In this document: in pieces, positions 41,701-52,100 of the stretch
How the letters are laid out: each line of letters opens with the position of its first letter
Position numbering within the stretch: position 1 is the stretch's first letter
Source of the DNA: Rhodobacterales bacterium
Lineage (GTDB): Bacteria; Pseudomonadota; Alphaproteobacteria; Rhodobacterales; CAZPXZ01
NCBI GenBank assembly: GCA_965217995.1
Contig: CBDCKB010000004.1
Location: 643,788 to 707,787, forward strand
DNA: 64,000 bases
Reading direction: 5' to 3'
Program-made: the position numbers and the translations under genes
Notes under the pieces: generated by a model
What the model was told of the DNA's origin: nothing
Seen by the model: the letters and a program-made list of their open reading frames with translations, nothing else
The model's database searches: none

Positions 41701-42919
41701 GATGCCGCGCTCCTCCGAGGTGATCACCTTCGGCTGCCGGCTGAATGCCTGCGAATCCGACCGGATCGAGAATCTCATCGCCGCTGCCGGACTCCAGGAC
41801 ACGGTGGTCGTCAACAGCTGCGCGGTCACGGCGGAGGCGGAACGGCAGGTGCGGCAGGCGATCCGCCGGGTCCGCCGTGCCCGGCCCGGGGCACGGATCC
41901 TGGCGACGGGATGTGCCGCGCAGATCCACCCGCAGGAATTCCTCGACATGCCGGAGGTGGATGGGGTCATTCCCAATGCTGCCAAGGTTCTGGCCGGGAC
42001 CTGGCAGGCGGTTGCCGGGGGTGCTCGGCCGGGGGTGGTGGAGCGGCCGGTGCGCCCCCGGCGGGCCCGGGCGTATGTCGAGGTCCAGAACGGCTGCGAT
42101 CACCGTTGCACCTTCTGTGTCATTCCGCAGGGCCGCGGCGACTCGCGTTCGGTGTCGACGGAACAGGTCGTCTCGGAGGTGGCGGAGCAGGCCGCGGCAG
42201 GGTTCGCGGAGGTCGTGCTGACGGGGGTCGACCTCACCTCCTGGGGGGCTGATCTGCCGGGCCGTCCGGTATTGGGGGATCTGGTCGCGGCCGTGATGGC
42301 GGGGGTGCCGGAACTGCCGCGGCTGCGTCTTTCCTCCATTGATGCGGCGGAGATCGATCCGCTGCTTGAGACCCTGTTCGCCGGGGAGCCGCGGCTGATG
42401 CCGCATCTGCATCTTTCGCTGCAGGCCGGCGATGACATGATCCTGAAGCGCATGAAGCGCCGGCATTCGCGCGTCGATGCGGTCCGGCTCTGCACCCGGC
42501 TTGCGGCCCGCCGCCGGATTGCCATCGGCGCGGATCTGATTGCGGGCTTTCCGACCGAGACCGAGGCGATGTTCCGGAATACCTGCCGCCTGGTGGAGGA
42601 ATGCGGCATCTCCTATCTGCATGTGTTTCCGTTCTCGCCGAGACCCGGAACCCCGGCCGCGCGGATGCCGCCGGTGCCGCGCGATACCGTCCGCCGGCGG
42701 GCCCGGCAGTTGCGGGAGATCGGCCGGCAGCGGCTGGACCGGCATCTTGAATCCCTGGTCGGTGCCTGGCATTCCACGCTGGTCGAGACATCGGAGCGCG
42801 GCCGGACCGAATGCTATGCGCCGGTGTGCTACCGGCGGCCGCGGGAGCGGGAGGAAATCGGCCGGACGGTGCGGGTGCGGGGGACCGGAGTCGAGGAGGG
42901 GGTCTTGCAGGCGGAGTGA
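41693..42919 (+). CDS. mtaB: MiaB-like tRNA methylthiotransferase (MtaB)
   Basis: FGCRLNACES N-terminal cluster and radical-SAM CDHRCTFCVIP. Start ambiguous among in-frame ATGs at 41684, 41693 and 41702. Confidence 0.85.
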   Translation: MGEMPRSSEVITFGCRLNACESDRIENLIAAAGLQDTVVVNSCAVTAEAERQVRQAIRRVRRARPGARILATGCAAQIHPQEFLDMPEVDGVIPNAAKVLAGTWQAVAGGARPGVVERPVRPRRARAYVEVQNGCDHRCTFCVIPQGRGDSRSVSTEQVVSEVAEQAAAGFAEVVLTGVDLTSWGADLPGRPVLGDLVAAVMAGVPELPRLRLSSIDAAEIDPLLETLFAGEPRLMPHLHLSLQAGDDMILKRMKRRHSRVDAVRLCTRLAARRRIAIGADLIAGFPTETEAMFRNTCRLVEECGISYLHVFPFSPRPGTPAARMPPVPRDTVRRRARQLREIGRQRLDRHLESLVGAWHSTLVETSERGRTECYAPVCYRRPREREEIGRTVRVRGTGVEEGVLQAE

Positions 42920-43016
42920 TCGGGACGGGGCCTGCGGGGAAGTGCAGGGCCCCTCCTGTGCGGGCCGGCACCGGGTCTCCGGGCCGGCGGCAGGGTCCCG
43001 CACAAGGGCCGCCGGC

Positions 43017-43190
43017 CTAGCGCCTTGTGTTGCCGGTGAGGTGCTTGAGCTCGGCCTGGGTGCGGGTGCTTTCCAGCAGGAGGAACACAAGAAGTCCTTT
43101 GAGTCCGATGCCGGCCACACACCAGGCGGCCCAGACATACGGCCCGTAGCCGTCCATCCAGAACAGGCCGGACAGGGTCTCGGTGATCAT
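43017..43190 (-). CDS. ccmD: heme exporter protein CcmD
   Basis: 57-aa single-TM peptide MITETLSGLFWMDGYGPYVWAAWCVAGIGLKGLLVFLLL... read from the tail of ORF 43017..43931. ATGA overlap with the ccmC stop. Confidence 0.7.
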   Translation of the reverse strand: MITETLSGLFWMDGYGPYVWAAWCVAGIGLKGLLVFLLLESTRTQAELKHLTGNTRR

Positions 43191-43915
43191 GCGGCCGTTT
43201 CCCGGGCGCCGGCGATGCGCAGGGCGCGGATCTGGATCCGGCGGATTTCGGTCCGCGTGCCCATGAGCCAGACCGCGAGGAAGAAGGCGGTGCAGCAGAC
43301 CGCCATGGCGAGGAGCGGCCCGAGCAGATCCGGGTGGATGGTCGGCCCTCCGAGGCGGAACACGCTGGCGGGCTGGTGCAGCGTGTTCCACCAGTCGACC
43401 GAGAATTTGATGACCGGAAGATTGATGGCGCCGACCAGGCAGAAGATGGCGGCCGGTCGCATGGCGCGCTGCGGGTCGCCGACCGCACGCCAGAGTGCCA
43501 GGTAGCCGGCATAGATAAAAAACAGCACCAGCATGGAGGTGAGCCGTGCATCCCAGACCCACCAGGCGCCCCAGATCGGTCGGGCCCAGATCGAGCCGGT
43601 GAGCAGGGTGATGGCCGCGAACACCATGCCCGGAGCGCCCGCCGCCCGGGCCGCGAGGCCGGCCACCGGATGCCGCCAGATGAGATTGGCGGCACTGGCC
43701 AGCGCCATGCAGAGATAGGCGAAGAGGGCCATCCACGCGCTGGGCACATGGACATACATGATGCGGACGCTGTCGCCCTGCTGGTAGTCGGGCGGGGAGA
43801 GGAACAGGCCCCAGAAAAAGGCGATGATCCCGGAGATCCCGGCGAGCGCGAACGCGCCCCGCATGACCGGCGCGGAGAGGCGCAGGAAGCGGTTGGGATT
43901 GGCAAGAAACTGCAT
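43187..43915 (-). CDS. ccmC: heme exporter protein CcmC
   Basis: WGAWWVWDARLTS tryptophan-rich heme-handling motif; polytopic membrane protein. Confidence 0.92.
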   Translation of the reverse strand: MQFLANPNRFLRLSAPVMRGAFALAGISGIIAFFWGLFLSPPDYQQGDSVRIMYVHVPSAWMALFAYLCMALASAANLIWRHPVAGLAARAAGAPGMVFAAITLLTGSIWARPIWGAWWVWDARLTSMLVLFFIYAGYLALWRAVGDPQRAMRPAAIFCLVGAINLPVIKFSVDWWNTLHQPASVFRLGGPTIHPDLLGPLLAMAVCCTAFFLAVWLMGTRTEIRRIQIRALRIAGARETAA

Positions 43916-44035
43916 CCGGTCCGGACCTCACTGGGGGGCCTGCGTATCCTAACCCCGATCCGGGAGACGGGCCGAGCCGGGCGCGACCGGCCTGCGGGGG
44001 TTTGGCTCCGGGCCGGTTCCGGTCGGGGGCGGCCG

Positions 44036-44074
44036 AAGAAAAAAGCCGGGGCGCCCCGATGGGACGCCCCGGCC
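44036..44074 (-). terminator. Rho-independent terminator after groEL
   Basis: Minus strand reads CCGGGGCG-(11-nt loop)-CGCCCCGG followed by CTTTTTTC. Confidence 0.65.
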
Positions 44075-44108
44075 ATCTTTCCGGAACGGGTCCGGATAGA
44101 TTCGCAGA

Positions 44109-46119
<2,011 letters not shown>

Positions 46120-46187
46120 GCTTTCGGCCTCCTTGGGCTGGTTGTGAAACGGACGATGTCCGATGTCGGTGAGGGCGGAACAATCCG

Positions 46188-46214
46188 TTAGCACTCACTG
46201 GCGTCGAGCACCAA
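46188..46214 (-). promoter_or_regulatory. CIRCE-like HrcA operator in the groESL leader
   Basis: Minus strand reads TTGGTGCTC-N9-GAGTGCTAA against the consensus TTAGCACTC-N9-GAGTGCTAA. The right half is perfect and the left half matches 6/9. Confidence 0.7.
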
Positions 46215-46228
46215 CAACTCCGAAGGGG

Positions 46229-46257
46229 ATATAGGGGCAGGGGCGGGATTCGTCAAG
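46229..46257 (-). promoter_or_regulatory. groESL promoter (fits both the alpha-RpoH CTTG-N17-CCTATAT and the sigma70 TTGACG-N17-TATATC patterns)
   Basis: Minus strand reads CCCCTTGACGAATCCCGCCCCTGCCCCTATATCCCC, immediately upstream of CIRCE. Confidence 0.5.
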
Positions 46258-46786
46258 GGGGGCGCACCCCCCAGGGATACTGCACCCGGTCGGGCCTTGC
46301 GGGCACTGGTTTTTCCCGCCGGGGTCGGCGGCGGTCAGGTGGCGACGGAGGCTCTCTCCAGGGGGGTAGATACCCGATGGGCGTCATTCCGCCAGGTGCG
46401 GCATGGGGCCCTGGTTGTGGTGAACCACGAGGCGCCGGGCATCCTGCCTGTACCCGTCGAGGGTGGCTGCGACAGAGGAGGTTTCGCAGAGCACCTTGCG
46501 CCAGGTGCGCCGGCACCGCTCGACGCAGCCACTCTGTTCGGGACTGCGTGGTGGGATGACCTGCATGGCCATGCCGCGCTCCTGGAAGGGTGCATCGAAG
46601 GCGCCGCGGAACCCGGAGCCGTGTCGGCCTGGCCCCCGGATGACGACCGGGAAGGTCTCGAGGATGCGCTCGAAGGGCACTCGCATGCTGCGCGCCGAAG
46701 GGGTGGTGACGAATTCTGCGGCGATCAGTTTCGGTACCAGACTGTTCGGCATGTGAGCTGCAGCCGGGCTGCTGTCCATCCGGCAC
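46253..46786 (-). mobile_element. degraded rve-type (IS481-family-like) transposase fragment, copy 1
   Basis: Broken frames contain ...VIPPRSPEQSGCVERCRRTWRK... and ...HHNQGPMPHLAE / PHAAPGGMTPIGY. Homologous to the copies at 48977-49916 and 51898-52100. Confidence 0.7.
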
Positions 46787-48112
46787 TGGCCGCTGCCATC
46801 ATTGCCTGGGTCCGATTGTGCCCAGCCTGGTCAGGGATGGCCGGACGGCATGCTTGATTCGATCCCGCAACAGATATCCCATCTGCCCAAGGGGGCTGAC
46901 CGATACCCTATGCTCGCCCGTCAAGATATTTGAGCAGCGCAGCACCGGATTTGCTCTCAATGAGCCGATCGGAAATCTCCATCAGCAATTCGGGATCGGA
47001 TATCTGATCCAGATGCTCTGTCAGCCGTCCGACCGTCTCCGGATCAAATTTCGATGCCGCCTGACGGCACAGTCTCTTCCGAATTGCGTCCAGTATTTCC
47101 TCGTGGCCTGTCTCAAGCCATCCCTTGACCCAGTCGGGATCCGGCCAGTCCATCACAAGTTCTTCCATCTGCTTCATCTGCCCCAGCGGGGGCAGATCCG
47201 GGTCGATATGCTTTTGGATATCGTCACGCATTGTTGAAACCTCCATAAACCAGCCGTAGAACGTCCTGGCCAAATCTTCCTTGCCAATTTCCTGCAACCG
47301 CATTCTCAAGCCGTACAACAACGGTTGCAACGCCTCGAAGGAACGCCGCTCCTGCTCCAGCGCGATTCAGGAACGACACCAGATGGTTCGGCATGTGAAC
47401 TGCAGCCGGGTTGCTGTCCATTCGACACTGGCCGCCGTCATCATTGCCTTGGTCCGATTGTGCCCAGTCTGGTCAGGGATGGCCGGACGGCATGCTTGAT
47501 TCGATCCCGCAGCAAATATCCCATCTGCCCAAAGGGGCTGACCGATACCCTATGCCCGCCCGTCAAGACATTTGAGCAACGCGGCACCGGATTTGCTCTC
47601 AGTGAGCCGACTGGAAATCTTTACAAGCAATTTGGGGTCGGATATCTGATCCAGATGCTCTGTCAGCCGTTCGACCGTTTCCGGATCAAATTTCGATGCC
47701 GCCTGACGGCACAGTTCCTTCCGAAATGCCCCCAGCGTTTTCTCGCAACCTTCCGTTAGACCTTTCTCGAGACCTTTCTCGAGACCTTCCGTTAGACCTT
47801 CCTCGCGGCCTTCCTTGCGACCTTCCATATGGCCTGTCTCAAGCCATCCCTTGACCCAGTCGGGATCCGGCCAGTCCATCACAAGTTCTTCCATCTGCTT
47901 CATCTGCCCCAGCGGGGGCAGATCCGGGTCGATATGCTTTTGGATATCGTCACGCATTGTTGAAACCTCCATAAACCAGCCGTTGAACGTCCTGGTCAAA
48001 TCTCCCTTGCCAATTTCCTGCAACCGCATTCGCAAACCGCGCAACAACGGTTCGTATGCCTCGCAGGAACGCCGCTCCTGCATCAGTGCGATCAGGAACC
48101 ACACCAGATTGT
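46745..48112. repeat. head-to-tail direct duplication (unit a 46745-47386, unit b 47387-48112, roughly 90% identical apart from an 84-bp indel)
   Basis: Direct alignment of ttcggcatgtgaRctgcagccgggYtgctgtccat... through the Rpn C-terminal coding region. Junction at 47386/47387. Confidence 0.85.
46908..47330 (-). CDS. free-standing Rpn C-terminal-domain ORF created by the duplication (truncated Rpn copy; may be a pseudogene)
   Basis: The 140-aa ORF (TTG start; in-frame ATG at 47303) aligns with the C-terminus of the full Rpn: ...LRMRLQEIGKEDLARTFYGWFMEVSTMRDDIQKHIDPDLPPLGQMKQMEELVMDWPDPDWVKGWLETGH... Confidence 0.5.
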   Translation of the reverse strand: MQPLLYGLRMRLQEIGKEDLARTFYGWFMEVSTMRDDIQKHIDPDLPPLGQMKQMEELVMDWPDPDWVKGWLETGHEEILDAIRKRLCRQAASKFDPETVGRLTEHLDQISDPELLMEISDRLIESKSGAALLKYLDGRA

Positions 48113-48659
48113 TCGGTATCGATTGTGCCAGCGGATGCCTCCATTGGTCAAGCAAAAGATATTGCGCTGACAGCCCCCACAGAGACCACATCTTCCGGCC
48201 CGTTTTCCTCATCTCCTCCAAAGAGCGTGCCGAGTTCCACAACCGCTCGCCGCAATAGAGAACGATCAGCACGATCTCCGGCAGCTTCTTCTTTGGGGCG
48301 CTCCGGAAAATATCCAGACACAGCAACCCGGCATAATTCAACATGCGGAGCACCATGGACGGCTCAACCGTGGACTGGCATTCCAGCACCACGACCAGAT
48401 ATTCGTCGCGGTCACGAAACTTCACACGCCAGACCAGATCGCCCTGGTACCGCCTCAGATCTGGGCTCACCCAATCGGAGGGCAGTCTTTCCAGGGTTGA
48501 AAAATCGAGCTCATCACTCCGGGACGGCTCTACGAAACCGGAAAGCAGATCTATGACCATCTCCGGATGGCTGAACATCTGCCTGTAGTACATATCCAGC
48601 CACTCACGGCGCGGTCGGCGCGGCCGGCGCGATCTGCGGGATACTTTGGGGTCAACCAT
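47550..48659 (-). CDS. Rpn (YhgA-like) PD-(D/E)XK recombination-promoting nuclease / putative transposase family protein
   Basis: ORF 47550..49322 trimmed to ATG 48659 (or 48593, MYYRQMFSHPEMVIDLL). Core block ...YQGDLVWRVKFRDRDEYLVVVLECQSTVEPSMVLRMLNYAGLL... is Rpn-typical. The C-terminus has EG-rich repeats. Confidence 0.8.
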   Translation of the reverse strand: MVDPKVSRRSRRPRRPRREWLDMYYRQMFSHPEMVIDLLSGFVEPSRSDELDFSTLERLPSDWVSPDLRRYQGDLVWRVKFRDRDEYLVVVLECQSTVEPSMVLRMLNYAGLLCLDIFRSAPKKKLPEIVLIVLYCGERLWNSARSLEEMRKTGRKMWSLWGLSAQYLLLDQWRHPLAQSIPNNLVWFLIALMQERRSCEAYEPLLRGLRMRLQEIGKGDLTRTFNGWFMEVSTMRDDIQKHIDPDLPPLGQMKQMEELVMDWPDPDWVKGWLETGHMEGRKEGREEGLTEGLEKGLEKGLTEGCEKTLGAFRKELCRQAASKFDPETVERLTEHLDQISDPKLLVKISSRLTESKSGAALLKCLDGRA

Positions 48660-48976
48660 CGAGAACACCGTTGTTTTTTGTGTATCTTCGTTCTGGCTGG
48701 CTTGGCTCCTGTAAAAGCACCCGCACCAGCCGCTTTTGTGGCATCCGTCGACCCTGCTGGGAGCAGGCGGTCGCGGATGACCGGCGATGGTTCCGGTACG
48801 GGTGGTGCTGCCGATGCATGCAGCAAGCCGCCCGCCCGCTGTGCGGTGGGGGCGGGGACCGGGCGGGATTTGCAGGCGGACGCACCGTCCCCGCTCCACC
48901 CTCGGATTCTGCATGCACTCGTCATGGAAAACACTTTTTACGAATCGCCTCGGAGCTGTCAACCCGCTGTACGCAA

Positions 48977-49916
48977 TCACTCCATCGGGCATTCCTGACA
49001 GGCCCTGCCGGCGGTGGTGTTTTCGCCGGAATCGGTGGCGGTCAGGTTGCGGCGGAGGCTCTCTCCAGGGTGTTCGGGGAGATCCTCGATGGGCGTCCTT
49101 CCGCCCGGTGCGGCATGGGGCCGGATATGGTTGTGATGAACCACGAAGCGCCGGGCATCCTGGCTGTACTCGTCGAGAGTGGCTGCGACGGAGGAGGTTT
49201 CGTAGAGCTTCCTGCGCCCGGTGCGCTGGCACCGCCCGACGCAGCCATTCTGTTTGGGACTGCAGGGCTGGATGACCTGCATGGCAATGTCGCGCTCTTG
49301 GAGAAGTTCCCGAAGACGCCATGGAACTCTCGGTGCCGTTGTCGGTCTGGACCCCCGGATTTCGACCGGGAAGGTCTTGAGGATGCGCTTGGAGGCCCCC
49401 GTATGTTGCGCGCCGAAGGGGTGGTGACGTTCCGCGGCGATCAGTTTCGAGGCCGGGTCGCAGACCGTCAGCTGATAGATCCAGCGGCCGGGGGGATCGC
49501 GCAGAAACAGCGTGTCGGCCTGCACCCTCTCTCCGGGTTGGTGGGGGCGGCTGCCCTTCTGCCGGCGGGTTGCCGGGGGCGCGGAGTGGATCGCCTATGG
49601 GGGCTGCTGGCGGGCCTGAGGCGGCAAACTCTTGTTTTTCTTGGGATATCTCAGGATCCGCCCGACCGTCGCTTTAGAGGTTTGGAAGCCCACGCCCCAC
49701 AGAAGGATCACAATCTTGCCGGGCCCCCAGGTGCGCTGCATGGGGGCTGAACGAATGTCGGGGATCGCAGTTTGAGCTTGTGGGACCCTGCCCGGCGACG
49801 CAGCCGCCGGGGCCGTCGGGAGTCCGGAGCAGGGTCTGAACTCCAAAGCCATTGAGCAGCTCGCCCGAAAGCTTTTTGTGGATTGATGAAAGGCGGATAT
49901 CCGCACTCCTCAACAA
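48977..49916 (-). mobile_element. most complete copy of the rve-type (IS481-family-like) transposase, frameshifted (pseudogene), copy 2
   Basis: N-terminal HTH-like WGPGKIVILLWGVGFQTSKATVGRILR (frame of ORF 49595..49906). Catalytic part GERVQADTLFL...QVIQPCSPKQNGCVGRCQRT...HHNHIRPHAAPGGRTP (ORF 48977..49525). Several frame breaks. Confidence 0.7.
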
Positions 49917-49919
49917 GCA

Positions 49920-50429
49920 CTACAGCAGTTCGTTAAAAGGCTGTATTCTGAATTTGTGATTGTTCGTCCAGTCGGCACATATGTTGTTGGCTTGTTCGAC
50001 GGTCAACACACGACATGTAATCAAATTCAGAATGATGCCCCGCGTGCACAGGATACAGAGTTCCTTCCCGAAAATACGTGCCTTAACACGTGCATGGTTG
50101 ATGGCTTGCTTGTCATCAATAGCCAATCGATAATCGCGATTAAGCGCAACCGCAATAGCTGAACACTCACCGGCACCCAAGCGCCTCCCGGCAACCACGA
50201 GTTCCCTCAAATGATCAAATATCTTGACTTCATCCCGATCCAGATCGAGTTCTTCAACAAGATAGCGGGCGGTAAAAGCCGCCGTGTAATGAATTTTTTC
50301 ATTGGAGTAGGTAACTTCCTCGGCAATATGTTTTGTGGTACAAAATGAATCCGGGTATCGGCCAATCAAGTCCATGCGACCGATGCGCAAGAAATTGATC
50401 AGGACGGATGCATCAACAACGACGCGCAT
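49920..50429 (-). CDS. PIN-domain protein (PIN_3/DUF3368-like)
   Basis: MRVVVDASVLINFLRIGRMDLI..., ...LGAGECSAIAVALNRDYRLAIDDKQA..., ...TRGIILNLI. This matches the DUF3368 layout (vvDtS.Li.L..i..LdLL / GkGEaeaIaLA / lLlDD..AR). Confidence 0.75.
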   Translation of the reverse strand: MRVVVDASVLINFLRIGRMDLIGRYPDSFCTTKHIAEEVTYSNEKIHYTAAFTARYLVEELDLDRDEVKIFDHLRELVVAGRRLGAGECSAIAVALNRDYRLAIDDKQAINHARVKARIFGKELCILCTRGIILNLITCRVLTVEQANNICADWTNNHKFRIQPFNELL

Positions 50430-50451
50430 TGGAGTAAACCAATGATGCCAA

Positions 50452-51735
50452 TCAATCCGGGCACGGGGTCTTTGCTAATTCAAGCATTTCGTCACTGTCA
50501 ATTTCAAGTTTTCTGCCAATTTCCGCAAGCCGACCACGGGAAATCTCTTCCTGACGAAAAGCTTCAACCGACAAGCGTCTGAGCTGGTTGTGAATGTCCC
50601 ATTCGCAGGCTTCTGACAATGCGGTTTTGGAGGGCAATTCGTGGTGGGTCAGCTGTTTGATATGTGCTCTACCGTCGCCACTTTTTTCGGCAAGCTCTCC
50701 CCCTTCACTGGCGCTAATATGGCCCAGGTTTTTCAATCGCCAAACCGCTACCTCGTAGCTAACGCCAAAATGGTGTGCAAGAACAGCTACGTCCTGACAC
50801 GTTGCTGATTTGGGCTTCGTCCGCGGACAGGTATTTGCTTCGGTCTGCATTTCATCGGCGGAATCAAAACCTATCTGTTGGCGCGCAACTGGATATCCCT
50901 TACCGATTTTTTCAAGTTGCTCTGCAACACCTTCCTGCGGCATTAAAAATGCTGCGGCAAAGGCATTCGCCCTTGTCTCCATGAAATTCGCCGGTTTCTT
51001 TGCGAAATTGGACAAGCTTTCCTGCCGCGTCATGATAACGGCACTGTCCAAGCGATCAAAAAGAGCATGCGCGAACTCGTGCAAATAGGAGAAGCGCCTA
51101 CGCACGGGCGGATTCTGCTGGTTGACCAGAATGGCCAGTCCGACATCCGGATGATTCACGAACAAACCAGAAAGCCCATCGGGGAGCTCAGTCGCTTCCG
51201 TCCAAATGCCCTGGTCGCTGATAAGCTTTTCAATATTTTGGATAGGCTCATCCCCGATACCAAGTCGGCGACGCTCTTCCTCGGCTACCTTCTCACCTTG
51301 ACAAACAGGACTACGGGGCAGATTCACCGTTTGTGTGCCATAATCGGGGGGAGTCGACTCAACCGTCTGATTGAGCATTCTCCGCAGGGCCGCGCCTTCG
51401 CTGTACAAATCGAACAGCCGCCGCAGTTTAACTTTAGCCTCCGAAGAAAACTCAATCTCCTGCGCAGACTCCAGTTCGGACAGTTTTCGATGCAAGACAA
51501 CAAGCAGGCCGTCTTCGCTCAATCTTTCGTCTGCCGAGAGGAAACCCGACGCCGGACACTGATAGATTTCAGCCAGCTTTGTAATTTCAAACACCGATAC
51601 CGCACACTGACCGGTCTCCAGGTTGATTATATCCGTACGAGTCAGATCAACCGCATCGGCGGCTTCTTTCAGGCTGATGCCACGCTGTTCCCGTGCGGTT
51701 TGCAGTCGGTTTCCAATCTGCGATGCACTGAGCAT
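50452..51735 (-). CDS. XRE-family HTH fused to an ImmA/IrrE (COG2856) zinc metallopeptidase
   Basis: N-terminal HTH (LQTAREQRGISLKEAADAVDLTRTDIINLETG), HEFAHALFD HExxH motif, and VLAHHFGVSYEVAVWRLKNLGHI. AT-rich. GGGAGA RBS. Confidence 0.85.
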   Translation of the reverse strand: MLSASQIGNRLQTAREQRGISLKEAADAVDLTRTDIINLETGQCAVSVFEITKLAEIYQCPASGFLSADERLSEDGLLVVLHRKLSELESAQEIEFSSEAKVKLRRLFDLYSEGAALRRMLNQTVESTPPDYGTQTVNLPRSPVCQGEKVAEEERRRLGIGDEPIQNIEKLISDQGIWTEATELPDGLSGLFVNHPDVGLAILVNQQNPPVRRRFSYLHEFAHALFDRLDSAVIMTRQESLSNFAKKPANFMETRANAFAAAFLMPQEGVAEQLEKIGKGYPVARQQIGFDSADEMQTEANTCPRTKPKSATCQDVAVLAHHFGVSYEVAVWRLKNLGHISASEGGELAEKSGDGRAHIKQLTHHELPSKTALSEACEWDIHNQLRRLSVEAFRQEEISRGRLAEIGRKLEIDSDEMLELAKTPCPD

Positions 51736-51789
51736 GCTTCGTCTCCCTGCCTTAACATTACACCATCGCGCAGGCGGTCCACGGGGTCA

Positions 51790-51803
51790 GTGGGAATTCC
51801 CAC
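51790..51803. promoter_or_regulatory. 14-bp perfect palindrome GTGGGAATTCCCAC upstream of the HTH-ImmA gene (candidate operator)
   Basis: Read directly. Lies 55-68 bp upstream of the ATG at 51735. Confidence 0.4.
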
Positions 51804-51897
51804 ATACCAGCTGTCGGAGCCGCCACTTCTCCTTTGAATACCAAGAACACAGGATTCTAGGCCAAACGCCAGATCAGTCAAACCGATATACGCACAA

Positions 51898-52100
51898 TCA
51901 CTGCATATGGCATTCCTGGCGGGCCCTGCCGGCGTTGGTTTTTCCGCTGGGATCGGTGGCGGTCAGGTTGCGACAGAGGCTCTCTCCATGGTGCTTGCGT
52001 AGATACCCGATGGGCGTCATTCCGCCAGGTGCGGCATGGGGCCGGATATGGTTGTGATGAACCACGAAGCGCCGGGCATCCTGCCTGTACTCGTCGAGGT
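51898..52100 (-). mobile_element. 3' fragment of the same rve-type transposase, copy 3
   Basis: ...LDEYRQDARRFVVHHNHIRPHAAPGGMTPIGYL...; the DNA is near-identical to copy 2 up to an abrupt break near 52100. Confidence 0.7.

Noticed and set aside
41636-43138. 500-aa minus-strand ORF opposite mtaB
   Set aside because: Same shadow-ORF composition. The plus strand carries clear radical-SAM/MiaB motifs.
46840-46880. tRNA-like T-loop resemblance (cttgattcgatcccgc), also at about 47485-47520
   Set aside because: No acceptor, D or anticodon stems can be drawn. The sequence is part of the duplicated unit between the Rpn and transposase fragments.
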